From assembly GCA_965213925.1 (NCBI GenBank), contig OZ243927.1, positions 1,664,001 through 1,728,000 of the forward strand: DNA of 64,000 nucleotides, written 5' to 3'. Positions 10,158 to 19,524 of this stretch are shown here, one piece after another. The notes below the pieces were generated by a model that was given only the letters and a program-made list of their open reading frames with translations, did no database searches and was not told where the DNA came from. Position numbers and translations under genes: made by a program. This DNA is from Trueperaceae bacterium (GTDB taxonomy: Bacteria > Deinococcota > Deinococci > Deinococcales > Trueperaceae). Numbering within the stretch: the first letter of the stretch is position 1; every line of letters starts with the position of its first letter.

Positions 10158-12245
10158 ATGATTCGGATGAAGGCATCATTCCTTACGGAACTGCACAGCT
10201 TGCCTGCGGGACCACAAAAAAAGGCGGACAAGGTCATCACGGCTCTCGAGAGACAACGAGGGCGCTACCCGGACGCCATCAAGCTCAAAGGCTACCGCGA
10301 CCTCTACCGCGTCCGCATCGGCAAGTACCGCCTCATCTACGAGAAGAGCCGCAACCAAGTTTTGGCGCACTGCATCAGACCGCGAGCGACCGTATATAAG
10401 AGCTTGGAACTCGTCGAAGAGGAGCAGCTTGACCACTTGGACGCGGAGTTTGACGATGTACTCGACACCTCCCTATCAGCCGAACGAGAGGTTGGTCATG
10501 GCGAAGAAGACTTACCCGAGCGGCTCACCCCTCAGTTCCTGAGCGCGTGGAACATTCCTAAGCCCTACCACAGCGCCCTAGCACATTGCCGCACCGAGAC
10601 GGACCTCTTGGAGACCTGCCTTAAAGGGGTACCCTACCCCGTCTTTTCCAGTCTCATCGCCGCTCTATACCCGTCAAACCTTCAGCAGCTACAAGCGGAC
10701 GCGACCTACCGCCTGCCTAGCGAAGAGGAGCGTAAACGCCTCGCGGCGGGCGAGCTGACTAGCTTTTTGCTGGTTTTAGACGACGAGCAGACCCGCTTGG
10801 CGGAGCTGAGCCTGGATACCGCGCGAGGACCGATCCTCGTCAAGGGCGGACCGGGCAGCGGCAAGAGCACCATCGCCCTACACCGCATCAAAAAGATTCT
10901 GGAGCGGGAACACCAGAAGCTCGCAGACGCCCCCGTGCGCATCCTCTTCGCCACCTATACCAAAGCACTCACCAACGCCAACAAAGAGCTGCTGAATAGC
11001 CTGCTAGGGACGGGCAAGCACACCGTCGAGGTCACTACCGTCGACGCGGTGGCTTATCGAGTCGTGAGAAAGTGTGGGTCGTTACCCGTAGAGCGGTTGA
11101 GCGAGGACCACGCCGCGACCCTGAAGTTTTTTAGAGAGGCCAAGGCGTCTGTAAACCTCCCTAAGTCGCTTCAAGCCTTTCAGGAGGGCTACCTTGTCGA
11201 AGAACTCTTCCAGGTCATCGAAGCTCAGGGGCTCCTGACCGAAGAGGACTACTTGCGCAGCAAGCGACTGGGTCGCAAAGCCAAGCTCCCGAAGGCCGCG
11301 CGGCAGGCGCTCTGGAGCATCTACGAGCGCTTCTTGGAGCGGATGCTCGCGGCGCGGATGCAGACCTGGGACGGGCTCCGCACCGAAGCCTACGGCTACG
11401 TGCGAAACGGCATCTACGGGGAGAAGTACGACTACGTGGTCATCGACGAGGCGCAAGACCTCACCCCCTCCGGGCTGCGCCTGATGGTCGAACTCTGCAA
11501 GCACCCTAACGCCCTCTACCTCACCGCAGACGCCGACCAAGCGCTCTACAAGTCGGGTTTCTCGTGGCGCAAGGTCCACGCCGACCTCAACGTCAGCGGG
11601 CGCACCTACGTGCTCAGGCGCAACTACCGCAATACCCAGGAGATTAGCGCGGCAGTAGACGATATCCAGCAGCAGATGAGCGGCGAGCGCCAAGAAGCCC
11701 ATCAACTAGGCGTGAAACGGGGGCGCAAACCGAAAGTGATTTTGACAACGCCAAACACAGAGGTCGCCCAGCTCAAACAGCACCTCAAGGCGGCGTGCAA
11801 GGACACTAAGCAGCCCCTCACCAACGTCGCGGTGCTCCTCGCCGGCGACCAGAAGTACGCCCACACGCGGGGTCGGCAGCTCGCCCAGGCACTTAAAGAC
11901 ACCGGCTTGCCCGCGAACTACTTCGCCGCCAAAGATTTGAGGCTTGACGCACGCTGCATCAAGGTCATGTCGCTTTACGCGAGCAAAGGGTTGGAGTTCC
12001 CGGTCGTAGTCCTCTGGGATGTCAACGACGGTCTCCTGCCACGTCGGGTGGAGCACCTACCCGAAGCGGAGCAGCGCGAGGAAGCGAGTCGAGACCGGCG
12101 GCTTTTCTACGTCGGGGCGTCGCGGGCCATGCAGAGTCTAGCGGTGTTTGCGGACCGGGACAAAGTCTCGCGGTTTGTTACGGAGCTGTCACCTGATGTC
12201 TGGGAATTGCCCGCTTGGGATGAGGCGGTGTTGAAGGCTGCTTGA
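10158..12245 (+). CDS. UvrD/SF1 helicase with N-terminal RelE-like ribonuclease domain (copy 2)
   Basis: IKLKGYRDLYRVRIGKYRLIYE...IRPRATVY is RelE-like; GGPGSGKS, DEAQD, NYRN, SKGLEF, YVGASRA; GGAGG RBS. Confidence 0.88.
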   Translation: MIRMKASFLTELHSLPAGPQKKADKVITALERQRGRYPDAIKLKGYRDLYRVRIGKYRLIYEKSRNQVLAHCIRPRATVYKSLELVEEEQLDHLDAEFDDVLDTSLSAEREVGHGEEDLPERLTPQFLSAWNIPKPYHSALAHCRTETDLLETCLKGVPYPVFSSLIAALYPSNLQQLQADATYRLPSEEERKRLAAGELTSFLLVLDDEQTRLAELSLDTARGPILVKGGPGSGKSTIALHRIKKILEREHQKLADAPVRILFATYTKALTNANKELLNSLLGTGKHTVEVTTVDAVAYRVVRKCGSLPVERLSEDHAATLKFFREAKASVNLPKSLQAFQEGYLVEELFQVIEAQGLLTEEDYLRSKRLGRKAKLPKAARQALWSIYERFLERMLAARMQTWDGLRTEAYGYVRNGIYGEKYDYVVIDEAQDLTPSGLRLMVELCKHPNALYLTADADQALYKSGFSWRKVHADLNVSGRTYVLRRNYRNTQEISAAVDDIQQQMSGERQEAHQLGVKRGRKPKVILTTPNTEVAQLKQHLKAACKDTKQPLTNVAVLLAGDQKYAHTRGRQLAQALKDTGLPANYFAAKDLRLDARCIKVMSLYASKGLEFPVVVLWDVNDGLLPRRVEHLPEAEQREEASRDRRLFYVGASRAMQSLAVFADRDKVSRFVTELSPDVWELPAWDEAVLKAA

Positions 12246-12417
12246 CGAGTCTAGCGTTCGCCTTCGTGGAGGCAGCTACTGAGGAGCACCGCTGGGTGAA
12301 CGAACGTCGCGACGAAGCCAGTTCTTATGGACACTACCAACCACTGCACACTATCCACCATAGCCACGCACTTTGCACCAACGAAAGGATCAGCAAAACT
12401 ATGACTGCGAGGATTTC

Positions 12418-13119
12418 ATGCTGATAGCCCGACTTTCTCTTCGGATTATCTACCCGCTATGCTTCGCTTTAGCCTCACTTCTCTCTTTCGGCCTCGCCCA
12501 ACCGGGGAGTCCACCTCCACTGGGACTCGTTCTCAAAATCGAAACGGCGCAGCGGCTCAGACAGGGACAACTAGAAAAGCTCGTCTGGATCGAGCGAGCC
12601 ACCGCTAAGCGCGTTGAGGTGTTTACCAGCAGATCAGGTCGGACGCACGTGCGATTTGATTTCGAGGCGAACGGTGAGTGGTTTTCCGCCATCATGTTTG
12701 CCGGTGAATGGACGGAAACCGAGGTCTCACTGCTGCGTTCCCAAGAGGTTAGTCTAATCGGACTCTGGGACAGATACGGCGGCGCGCATTCACTGGTGAC
12801 TAAGTGGGTGACGCTCGCAAACGCTTACGCGGACCCCTACGAAACGGCTCAGGCTGTTGACCGGGAACGAGACATGGTCAGCATAGAGAACGCTCACACC
12901 TATGACATCACTAAGTTTGTAAGCCGATCAACCCGGATGCACGCGCGTTTCAAATTTCGCGTTGCGGGTCGTAGCGACGAGTTTAGCGGCATCGTTTATG
13001 AGGGCGTGTGGAACACCGATCTGCTGGACCGATTACGCTCTGGAACGGCTAATCTGGTGGGCTACTGGGAGGAGTATCAAGGTGAACCCTCGTTTGTACT
13101 CCGCGCTGTGGAGCCCTGA
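12418..13119 (+). CDS. Putative exported protein with two tandem OB-fold-like repeats
   Basis: GAGG RBS then ATG at 12418; signal-peptide-like N-terminus (LCFALASLLSFGLAQ); internal repeat FTSRSGRTHVRFDF...FSAIMF.GEW...LIGLWDRYGGAHSLV versus FVSRSTRMHARFKF...FSGIVYEGVW...LVGYWEEYQGEPSFV. The OB fold is inferred from the beta-strand pattern. Confidence 0.65.
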   Translation: MLIARLSLRIIYPLCFALASLLSFGLAQPGSPPPLGLVLKIETAQRLRQGQLEKLVWIERATAKRVEVFTSRSGRTHVRFDFEANGEWFSAIMFAGEWTETEVSLLRSQEVSLIGLWDRYGGAHSLVTKWVTLANAYADPYETAQAVDRERDMVSIENAHTYDITKFVSRSTRMHARFKFRVAGRSDEFSGIVYEGVWNTDLLDRLRSGTANLVGYWEEYQGEPSFVLRAVEP

Positions 13120-14867
13120 TGCCGTCGATATTCGCTAAACCATCCTTTAGGGCGTCGTCTCTTTCAAACGTGTTCTACGAGTATCTGGAGTCGCTTGGAG
13201 ATGATACCGAGGTGCTGCTGGAGTTTGTGTCACTCGGACCCGATAAGCGTCAGATAGACTGCGCCATTCTCAGCCCCAAAGGTGTTGACCTCATCGAAGT
13301 CAAAAATAAGTGGGGCAAAGTCACGGGCAGAGCGAACTGTGAATGGCAGGTTGAATATCGGGGAAAAGTCGAAGCTATCTATAACGTCAAACGCGGCGTC
13401 CGAGAGAACCCGTTCGGGCAAGCGGACCATTCTGCTCGGGACTTCAAAGAGGGAATTCGCTGGTTCACTCACAAAGACATTCCGGTTTACCCTTTGGTAC
13501 TCATCCCGCAGGGTCACCCCCAATCGTTCTTTGAGCGCCACAACTTCGTTTATCACGCCAACGGCGTTGCCGAGCTGCCTGCCAAGCTGCGAGCACTGCA
13601 TCCAAAGCGTCCTGAGCAGCACTGGGATAGAGCACAACGCCGAGCGCTGATTGAACACCTGGGGTTAAGTGAGGTCGGCTTAGCCAGGGTTGTAGGTGAG
13701 TTGCTCGATCAGCATACTGGGGAGGGCATTGCAGGAGCCAGAGTTCGCTTTGAGAGTGCACCTGCAACCGAGACCGGGCAAGAGCCGAGTACGCTCACCA
13801 ACGACAGGGGAGAGTTCAGCGCTATGCTTCCTGTCGGGCACATGCGCCTCGTAATTCAGCCTCCAGAACCCTACCTGTCACGTAAAGTGCCCAAGGAGGC
13901 GACGCAAGGCTTCAACAAGCTTGACCCTATCCGACTGACCTCTCGAGATCACAGCTCGCCCCCGAACGAGGTATTCGGTAAGACCTTAGAAGAGATTAAA
14001 GTACAGCTTCACCAGCTTAATCAACGCCCGAGAGATAGCTTTCGCGAAGAGTTCAAACAGGAGGTCCAGGACGAGCTTCAAGACCAAGGAGACACGCTCA
14101 GGCTCTTGTCAAGCGAGTTTCGGCGTCTTGAAAACAGATTAGAGCAGCCCGTTGAACCCTCTCGTGAGGACCCCTGCGTAAGAGATGCACGTGACCTCAA
14201 GCAGCAGCTCACTGACCCACGCACACCACTAGATAAGGTAACAGGTACGACAACGCAGTCAAGAGCACAGCAAGCAGTCGAGCATGGGCCCGTGCCGGAG
14301 CGCAAAGTGCAACTCGGTAGCTCGGCCGAGCCAGGGCAAGCACTCCACAACGAGAGCTTGACAGATGTCTCGTCGGAGCCTTCCCGCTCTCAACCTTTTC
14401 GGAAACGCTCACGTCGGCTAGGTCTTTTGTATGTAAGCGCCGCGTTTCTCGTACTGGCAGGCGCTGGCACATGGTTCACAGCACAAGAGAGACCCGAGCA
14501 AGGAATATTAGCGGTCCCTACGGAGAGGCGAGTGGGGCAGACGCCAGCGGCACAGAGCAGCTTTGTGACACGCCTTCAAAACCTCTTTTACCAGCGTTCC
14601 ACCTTGCCTGGACAGCCTGTTCTTCTCGAGACCGAGTCCCAGCGCTTACCTGAGCAAGCCGTTTTAGAGCGCCCCCACGCCGGAGCCTCAGCGATTTCAT
14701 CTCACGCTTGTCCGCAGAGTCATCCTCTTAAAGGCAACGTCAACGCGCAGGGCGTCAAGATTTATCATCGACCAAGTCAGACATACTACGGCGTCACCGT
14801 GCCTGAAGCCTGTTTTGCGTCGTCAGAGGAGGCGCTGAGGGCTGGCTTTCGAGCGAGCAAGAAATAG
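13119..14867 (+). CDS. Membrane-anchored NERD nuclease with carboxypeptidase-regulatory-like beta domain, coiled coil, TM helix and C-terminal Ada-like metal-binding domain
   Basis: NERD motif QIDCAILSPKGVDLIEVKN...ENPFGQA; G..LDQHTGEGIAGARV...TNDRGEF; TM segment LGLLYVSAAFLVLAGAGTWF; C-terminal CPQSHPLKGN...KIYH...CFASSEEALRAGFR; TGATG coupling to the upstream gene. Confidence 0.8.
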   Translation: MPSIFAKPSFRASSLSNVFYEYLESLGDDTEVLLEFVSLGPDKRQIDCAILSPKGVDLIEVKNKWGKVTGRANCEWQVEYRGKVEAIYNVKRGVRENPFGQADHSARDFKEGIRWFTHKDIPVYPLVLIPQGHPQSFFERHNFVYHANGVAELPAKLRALHPKRPEQHWDRAQRRALIEHLGLSEVGLARVVGELLDQHTGEGIAGARVRFESAPATETGQEPSTLTNDRGEFSAMLPVGHMRLVIQPPEPYLSRKVPKEATQGFNKLDPIRLTSRDHSSPPNEVFGKTLEEIKVQLHQLNQRPRDSFREEFKQEVQDELQDQGDTLRLLSSEFRRLENRLEQPVEPSREDPCVRDARDLKQQLTDPRTPLDKVTGTTTQSRAQQAVEHGPVPERKVQLGSSAEPGQALHNESLTDVSSEPSRSQPFRKRSRRLGLLYVSAAFLVLAGAGTWFTAQERPEQGILAVPTERRVGQTPAAQSSFVTRLQNLFYQRSTLPGQPVLLETESQRLPEQAVLERPHAGASAISSHACPQSHPLKGNVNAQGVKIYHRPSQTYYGVTVPEACFASSEEALRAGFRASKK

Positions 14868-14936
14868 CTGCTTGGTTTTTCAGCGGGTCACGTGAACATC
14901 AAAGTGCAACCTTAAATGCCTAATTGTAAATCCCTG

Positions 14937-14960
14937 TTTCCACTTTCCGGAAAGTGGAAA
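14937..14960. promoter_or_regulatory. Perfect 24-bp palindrome, probable autoregulatory operator of the downstream HTH gene
   Basis: TTTCCACTTTCCGGAAAGTGGAAA is its own reverse complement and lies 7 bp upstream of a TAAGCT -10 element (14968-14973). Confidence 0.7.
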
Positions 14961-14979
14961 TCTGTGTTAAGCTGTGCTT

Positions 14980-15492
14980 GTGTTACAGCCTCAAGACGTG
15001 CTGGTCGGCCTTAAATTTGCCGCCAGTCCAACTCAGCCGATCGGCTACGAGCGGCTTGCAGATGAACTCGGCATTGGCTTGTCAAGTGCGCACCGCTCCG
15101 TCCAGCGCCTCACCAAAGCTGGGCTGCTCAGTCCAGAGCGCAAAGTCAACCGAGCGGCGCTCTTGGAGTTCGTCTTACACGGGGTCCGGTACGCCTACTA
15201 CGTCAAACCAGGTGAGCTTACGCGCGGTCTCCCTACCGCCTACGCTGCGCCGCCGCTTGCTGGCATCATCAGGTCGGGTAGTGAGATACCTGTTTGGCCC
15301 GACCCGGAGGGCACGGTGCGGGGCTACGCGGTAACGCCCCTACATAAGTCAGTGCCGGAGGCGGCAAAGCGTGACCCCGACTTGTATGAGCTTCTCGCGC
15401 TCGTGGACGCGGTTCGGATAGGCCGCGTCAGAGAGCAGAAGATCGCATCTGAATTGCTAACGGAGCGCCTGAAGTCAGGCATTAGGCTATGA
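14980..15492 (+). CDS. HTH-containing antitoxin-like protein (AbiEi-like partner)
   Basis: HTH segment YERLADELGIGLSSAHRSVQRLTKAGLL; C-terminal LYELLALVDAVRIGRVRE. Probable leaderless GTG at 14980, 6 nt after TAAGCT. Confidence 0.7.
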   Translation: MLQPQDVLVGLKFAASPTQPIGYERLADELGIGLSSAHRSVQRLTKAGLLSPERKVNRAALLEFVLHGVRYAYYVKPGELTRGLPTAYAAPPLAGIIRSGSEIPVWPDPEGTVRGYAVTPLHKSVPEAAKRDPDLYELLALVDAVRIGRVREQKIASELLTERLKSGIRL

Positions 15493-16178
15493 GTGATCCC
15501 GTTTTAGAGAACATCATGACGGTGGCGCAATGCTTGCAGGAGGTCGGCGTGGAGGACGCCGTCTTTGTCGGGGGTGCGACGGTGGGCTTGCTACTCACGG
15601 ACCCGGCTGCGCCTGAAGCGAGGCCGACGCTGGATGTTGACGTTGTCACGCCCGTCGCGTCCCGCCGCGCTTTCAACATGCTTGAGGCTAAGCTCAGGGA
15701 GGCAGGTTACACGCAGCCGTTAGGAGAGCCTATCTGCCGCTGGGTCATCGCCGGGGTCACAGTGGACCTCATGCCGCCGGACGAGGCCATCCTCGGCTTC
15801 TCGAACCGCTGGTACGGCGACCTTGTCGAGCACGCCGAGCCTAGAGCGCTGCCGAACGGCACTCTTATCCAGTTAGTCAGCACGCCCTACCTAGTCGCCA
15901 CCAAGCTCGAAGCGTTCCGGGGACGGGGGCAAGAGGACTACCGCTTCAGTCATGACCTCGAAGACATCATTATCCTCTTTGACGGACGCGAAGAGGTCGT
16001 GGGCGAGATAGAGCGAGCGCTTGACGACGTTCGCACCTATATCGTCAGCGAGTTCAGGCGGCTGCTGGGCGACACCGAGTTCCTGGAGGCTGTACCCGAG
16101 CACTTAGCTCCAGACGCGGCTAGTCAGGCGAGGGCGTCAGTAATTCTCGAGCGTATGAGGCGTCTGCTTGTGCTCTAA
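15489..16178 (+). CDS. Nucleotidyltransferase, AbiEii/AbiGii-like type IV toxin
   Basis: Pol-beta NTase motif FVGGA...RPTLDVDVV, then KLEAF..RG and HDLEDI; ATGA overlap with the HTH gene. Confidence 0.75.
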   Translation: MSDPVLENIMTVAQCLQEVGVEDAVFVGGATVGLLLTDPAAPEARPTLDVDVVTPVASRRAFNMLEAKLREAGYTQPLGEPICRWVIAGVTVDLMPPDEAILGFSNRWYGDLVEHAEPRALPNGTLIQLVSTPYLVATKLEAFRGRGQEDYRFSHDLEDIIILFDGREEVVGEIERALDDVRTYIVSEFRRLLGDTEFLEAVPEHLAPDAASQARASVILERMRRLLVL

Positions 16179-16237
16179 CAAGAAGGTCAATAGAGGTCGT
16201 GCTGCGCGGTTCTTAACCCATGTCGTCGCTTCAGGCG

Positions 16238-16510
16238 TCAGTTAGCAGGTACGATCACCGGCGCGTCCGCGTCTTCACGCTCGCCCGAGCTATCCGAAGG
16301 CCGGCTCACCAGCTCACCCTGCACGACTATCGCGCTCAACCCGCCGCTATCTGAGTTGATCGCCTCTTGCGCGCGTAGGAACTGCATCACTTCCACCGTC
16401 TCGGGCACGGAGAGTCCCACGCTACGTTCCGGCTACCGACCGTCAGAATCATCAGGGGCAGTGTGCCGTCAGTGGTAATACCCGCCGCCGTACGTGGGTA
16501 GCGCCGCACC
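16238..16510 (-). pseudogene. Degraded phosphodiester glycosidase (NAGPA-like) C-terminal fragment
   Basis: RYPRTAAGITTDGTL, then after a frameshift DGR*PERSVGLSVPE...EAINSDSGG...VSRPSD, matching the family pattern PRTA.G...DGR...A.NLDGGGS. Confidence 0.6.
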
Positions 16511-16710
16511 ACCAGTAACCATTATCAAGCTCACGAGTGTGATCAACTGCCGAACGCGGTGTATTGTGCTCTGCCTATATGTTTACCCCAGACACTGGTA
16601 GAAGCTAGCAGGCAGGCGTCAGCCGCGCGTCGGTATGGACTGATGGCGGTTCTAGGCGCACCATAACGTCTACCCCTCGGGTTAGAAGCAAATTAGTCAC
16701 GACGAGAGCG

Positions 16711-17598
16711 CTAAAGCTCGACTTCAAGAAGGGGTGAGGCTCGCCTATGAATCTCCTTGAGGTCTTCTGTACCCATTGCGGCGTAGCGGTCCGACATGGT
16801 AAGCGTCTTATGCCCCAAGATGCGCTTCAAAGTAAACACATCCCCGCCATTCTTGATGAACTGGACGGAGAACCCCCGCCGGAAGGCGTGCGGCCCCTTG
16901 GGAGCGATCTCAGCCCCTTCACAGAGGTCGTGGAGCATTTTGCGCAGCCCGTAGCGGGTGAGAGGCGTGTCCTCGTCCGAGAGGTAGATATAAGGCAGCG
17001 ACGTAGCGGGCCGCTCCGATTGAATGTAGCGCTTCAGCACCCTGAGCGCTATTCTGGAGATGGGCACGACGCGGTCTTTGCCACCCTTGCCTTTATTGAC
17101 CCACAGCCTGCCGTTCGGCTCCAGGTGGCTGAGCTGGAGAGCCAGCAGTTCGGAAGCGCGGAGCCCCGTGTCGTAGAGAGTGGTCACGATGGACTGGTTG
17201 CGCAGGGGTTTGCGCGTCGCTTTGGCGGCCTGCATCAGCAGCTTATACTCGTGCTGCTCGATGACATCCTGACGCTCCTCGGGAACTTTGGGTAATTTGA
17301 TTTTGAGAAACGGATTCTTGGCGATGACCTCTTCGCGGAGAAGCCAGTTAAAAAAGACCCTGAGCGCTCTGAGCCGGGCATGAACACCCCCGCTGGACAA
17401 CTCCTGCTGCTGGGTCATGTGAGCGATATAGTCGCGTATAAGCGTGCTGGTTACGTCACCTGCCAGGAAAACACCCTGCTCGCCCGCGTACTCGACGAAC
17501 TTCTCCAGAGCCGTCCGGTAGTAGCTGAGCGTGTTCCGTGAGAGCTGGCGTATTTCGCAGTCGCTGATAAATTCCCGTGCCGTCTCGCCGAGTTCCAT
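16711..17598 (-). CDS. Tyrosine recombinase/integrase (XerC/D-like)
   Basis: YDTGLRASE, KGKGGKDR, HAFRR, LGH...MSDRY catalytic residues; N-terminal SAM-like domain; AGGAGG RBS; adjacent to a tRNA fragment. Confidence 0.93.
   Translation of the reverse strand: MELGETAREFISDCEIRQLSRNTLSYYRTALEKFVEYAGEQGVFLAGDVTSTLIRDYIAHMTQQQELSSGGVHARLRALRVFFNWLLREEVIAKNPFLKIKLPKVPEERQDVIEQHEYKLLMQAAKATRKPLRNQSIVTTLYDTGLRASELLALQLSHLEPNGRLWVNKGKGGKDRVVPISRIALRVLKRYIQSERPATSLPYIYLSDEDTPLTRYGLRKMLHDLCEGAEIAPKGPHAFRRGFSVQFIKNGGDVFTLKRILGHKTLTMSDRYAAMGTEDLKEIHRRASPLLEVEL
16727..17206. repeat. About 480-bp direct repeat, copy 1 (integrase 3' half)
   Basis: Matches 38570-39049 at constant offset 21843 with only a few substitutions. 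Confidence 0.9.
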
Positions 17599-17717
17599 GT
17601 CGCCTCCTGCTGGAGGAGGTCACACGACTCGCCGAAAGCGTGCACATGATTCGCCTAATTTTGAGTGGTTTTTGAAGTTCAAAAAATGCGAGTTTTTGCG
17701 TCCTACACGGGATTTAA

Positions 17718-17778
17718 ACTTGAACTCTCGACCTCACGATTATGAGTCGTGCGCTCTAACCAGCTGAGCTACATCGCC
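17718..17778 (-). tRNA. tRNA with CAT anticodon (probably elongator Met), 3'-truncated at the T-loop; probable att junction
   Basis: Minus strand GGCGATGTAGCTCAGCTGGTTAGAGCGCACGACT-CAT-AATCGTGAGGTCGAGAG-TTCAAGT, followed by TTAAATCCC instead of the expected CTCTCCATCGCCA. Confidence 0.88.
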
Positions 17779-17846
17779 GTGCACCACGCGCTTTATCCGT
17801 TTCGTGTAACCACTTGCCCTCACGACTAGCGGGCTCACGATTGTCG

Positions 17847-17876
17847 AGTATAGCCCATAACGCCAGCAGTAGACAA
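17847..17876 (-). promoter_or_regulatory. Sigma70-type promoter of the tRNA
   Basis: TTGTCT-N18-TATACT on the minus strand, about 70 bp upstream of the tRNA 5' end. Confidence 0.55.
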
Positions 17877-18743
17877 GTGGTTTTGCATCATCCACCGCTC
17901 AGCAGGTCAGCGCCCTTGGTTTGTTTGGTTTGTATTTCCAACTGACCCGTTCAAGCCTCACCACCGGGGCACTTGCTCGGCTCCCTGGCGGTCGCTCTGC
18001 ACTGTCCCGGAGTAGGCCCAGGAGGAACCATTTTCTCGGTGTCTACTCCCAGACAGCCTACGCTACTCACCCCTTCGCCTGCGCCAATCTCCGCGCATTC
18101 AAGGACGTCTACTACTCGGAACAAGTACCTCAAAGCCTATGTGTCTCGCACCATGCACGAGCGTCACGCCGAAGCCGCACGTCAGAACAAGACAGCGCCT
18201 TGCTCCAGGACTAGTTGGCGATTATCTAACCCTTATCAGCCCTGCGTAGCGCACCCAGATAGGTCTACCGGACAGCCTCGACGCAGGACGTCGAAAGGAT
18301 TTCGTGAATGACGCGCAAGCGGCTGCAACGCCAAATTCTCGACTTGCGAGACTTGAGTAGGCTGAAAACTACCGTTGACACCCAGAAGTACCGCACCGAG
18401 AGCGACTTCGACCTCAGACACCTGATCAGCAAGCTGCTGAAGCGTAAAGGTGATAGAGCCAACTATCTTTGGCCTCGAGAGGTTAGGGGCATTTTTCAAC
18501 ACTTACCGGACCCTTTGCCCTTCTTCGCCGGAGTTCTGCTCGGCTACAAGCCTGCTTTTCATATTCGACATCGCGCACGCGCCGCCTGAGCTTTGCCTGC
18601 CCGGCGAGATGATACCCCCGCTAGGACTCAAGCCGTGAGAGATGGGCGCACGGCTTCCAAGAACCTTGAGCCCATTCGCCAAAAGAAAAGCTTGAGCAAC
18701 AAGAAGAGTAGGTAGTTTGAGTGTTACCCCCTACGACCCGAGA

Positions 18744-19170
18744 TCACAGGTCATTAGCGATCTGGCGGGCGGATATGCGCGTCCTCATAGTCAAGCGTTT
18801 CGATCCCGTCGTCACGCAGCAGGTGGAGCCGTCCGTTGCTTCTACTAGATTGGAGGGATAGTAGCCAAGCACGGCGAACTTGGCGTCTTGGTAGCGGTAT
18901 CCAAGCCCGAGGCGGCACGTCCCGCGCGGCATAGCTCTGCACCGTCCCGGAGTTTTTCTCGGTGTCCGTAAAGTGGATGAGCTGGTAGTAGTGCATGACG
19001 TTTTTCTTATACGCGAAGTTCTGACATGCGAAGTCGATTTTAGGCGCAGGGACAGGCGGCTTGACGTCCTGCTTGACCTCAGGGTGCTCGAAGAGCCCAG
19101 CCTGTCTAAAGACGCTGCTAACCTGCTTACGCATAGCTTGGCGCGTGATGCGCGGTCTCGCTTCTCTTAG
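18744..19170 (-). pseudogene. Frameshifted C-terminal part of a DUF3037-like protein
   Basis: RITRQAMRKQVSSVFRQAGL...KIDFA...KFAVLGYYP...LLRDDGIETLDY spread over two or more frames; resembles tails of DUF3037 proteins; N-terminal part seen at 39416-39642. Confidence 0.45.
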
Positions 19171-19524
19171 AAATACCCCCTACCCTCACAGCTTGTGGAG
19201 CAGTCAAGGCTCGCCTCCTTGTACTCACGCCTGCTGGCTGCATAACGCTCCTGAAATCCACTTCGTTCCCCTACAAACGTTGCCCCGCAACCTCCTTGTG
19301 CGCAGGAGTGTTGAACCGCCCCCCCTCTTCTAAGGACCGAGTAGCGAACCGTTTTAGAAAGCGAGTTCGTCTAGCCCAATTAGAACAGCCCCCCCGGTCG
19401 CACCCTTGCCTCTATTTCTACAACGAGGCGTGAAGTATTTCATTCTCGCAGTCACTATTACAAGATTTACCCCATGTCCCTGTCTCGTTTAGGTAGAGTT
19501 TGAACAGGGAAGGAGTGCGTTTAC

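Noticed and set aside
17900..18720. Several overlapping short ORFs right of the tRNA
   Set aside because: No motif or convincing start signal; probably degraded DNA.
19185..19400. Possible transposase N-terminal relic, and GCCCCCCCGGT shared with the 39.3-kb hairpin
   Set aside because: Matches are short and low-complexity; no terminal inverted repeats found.
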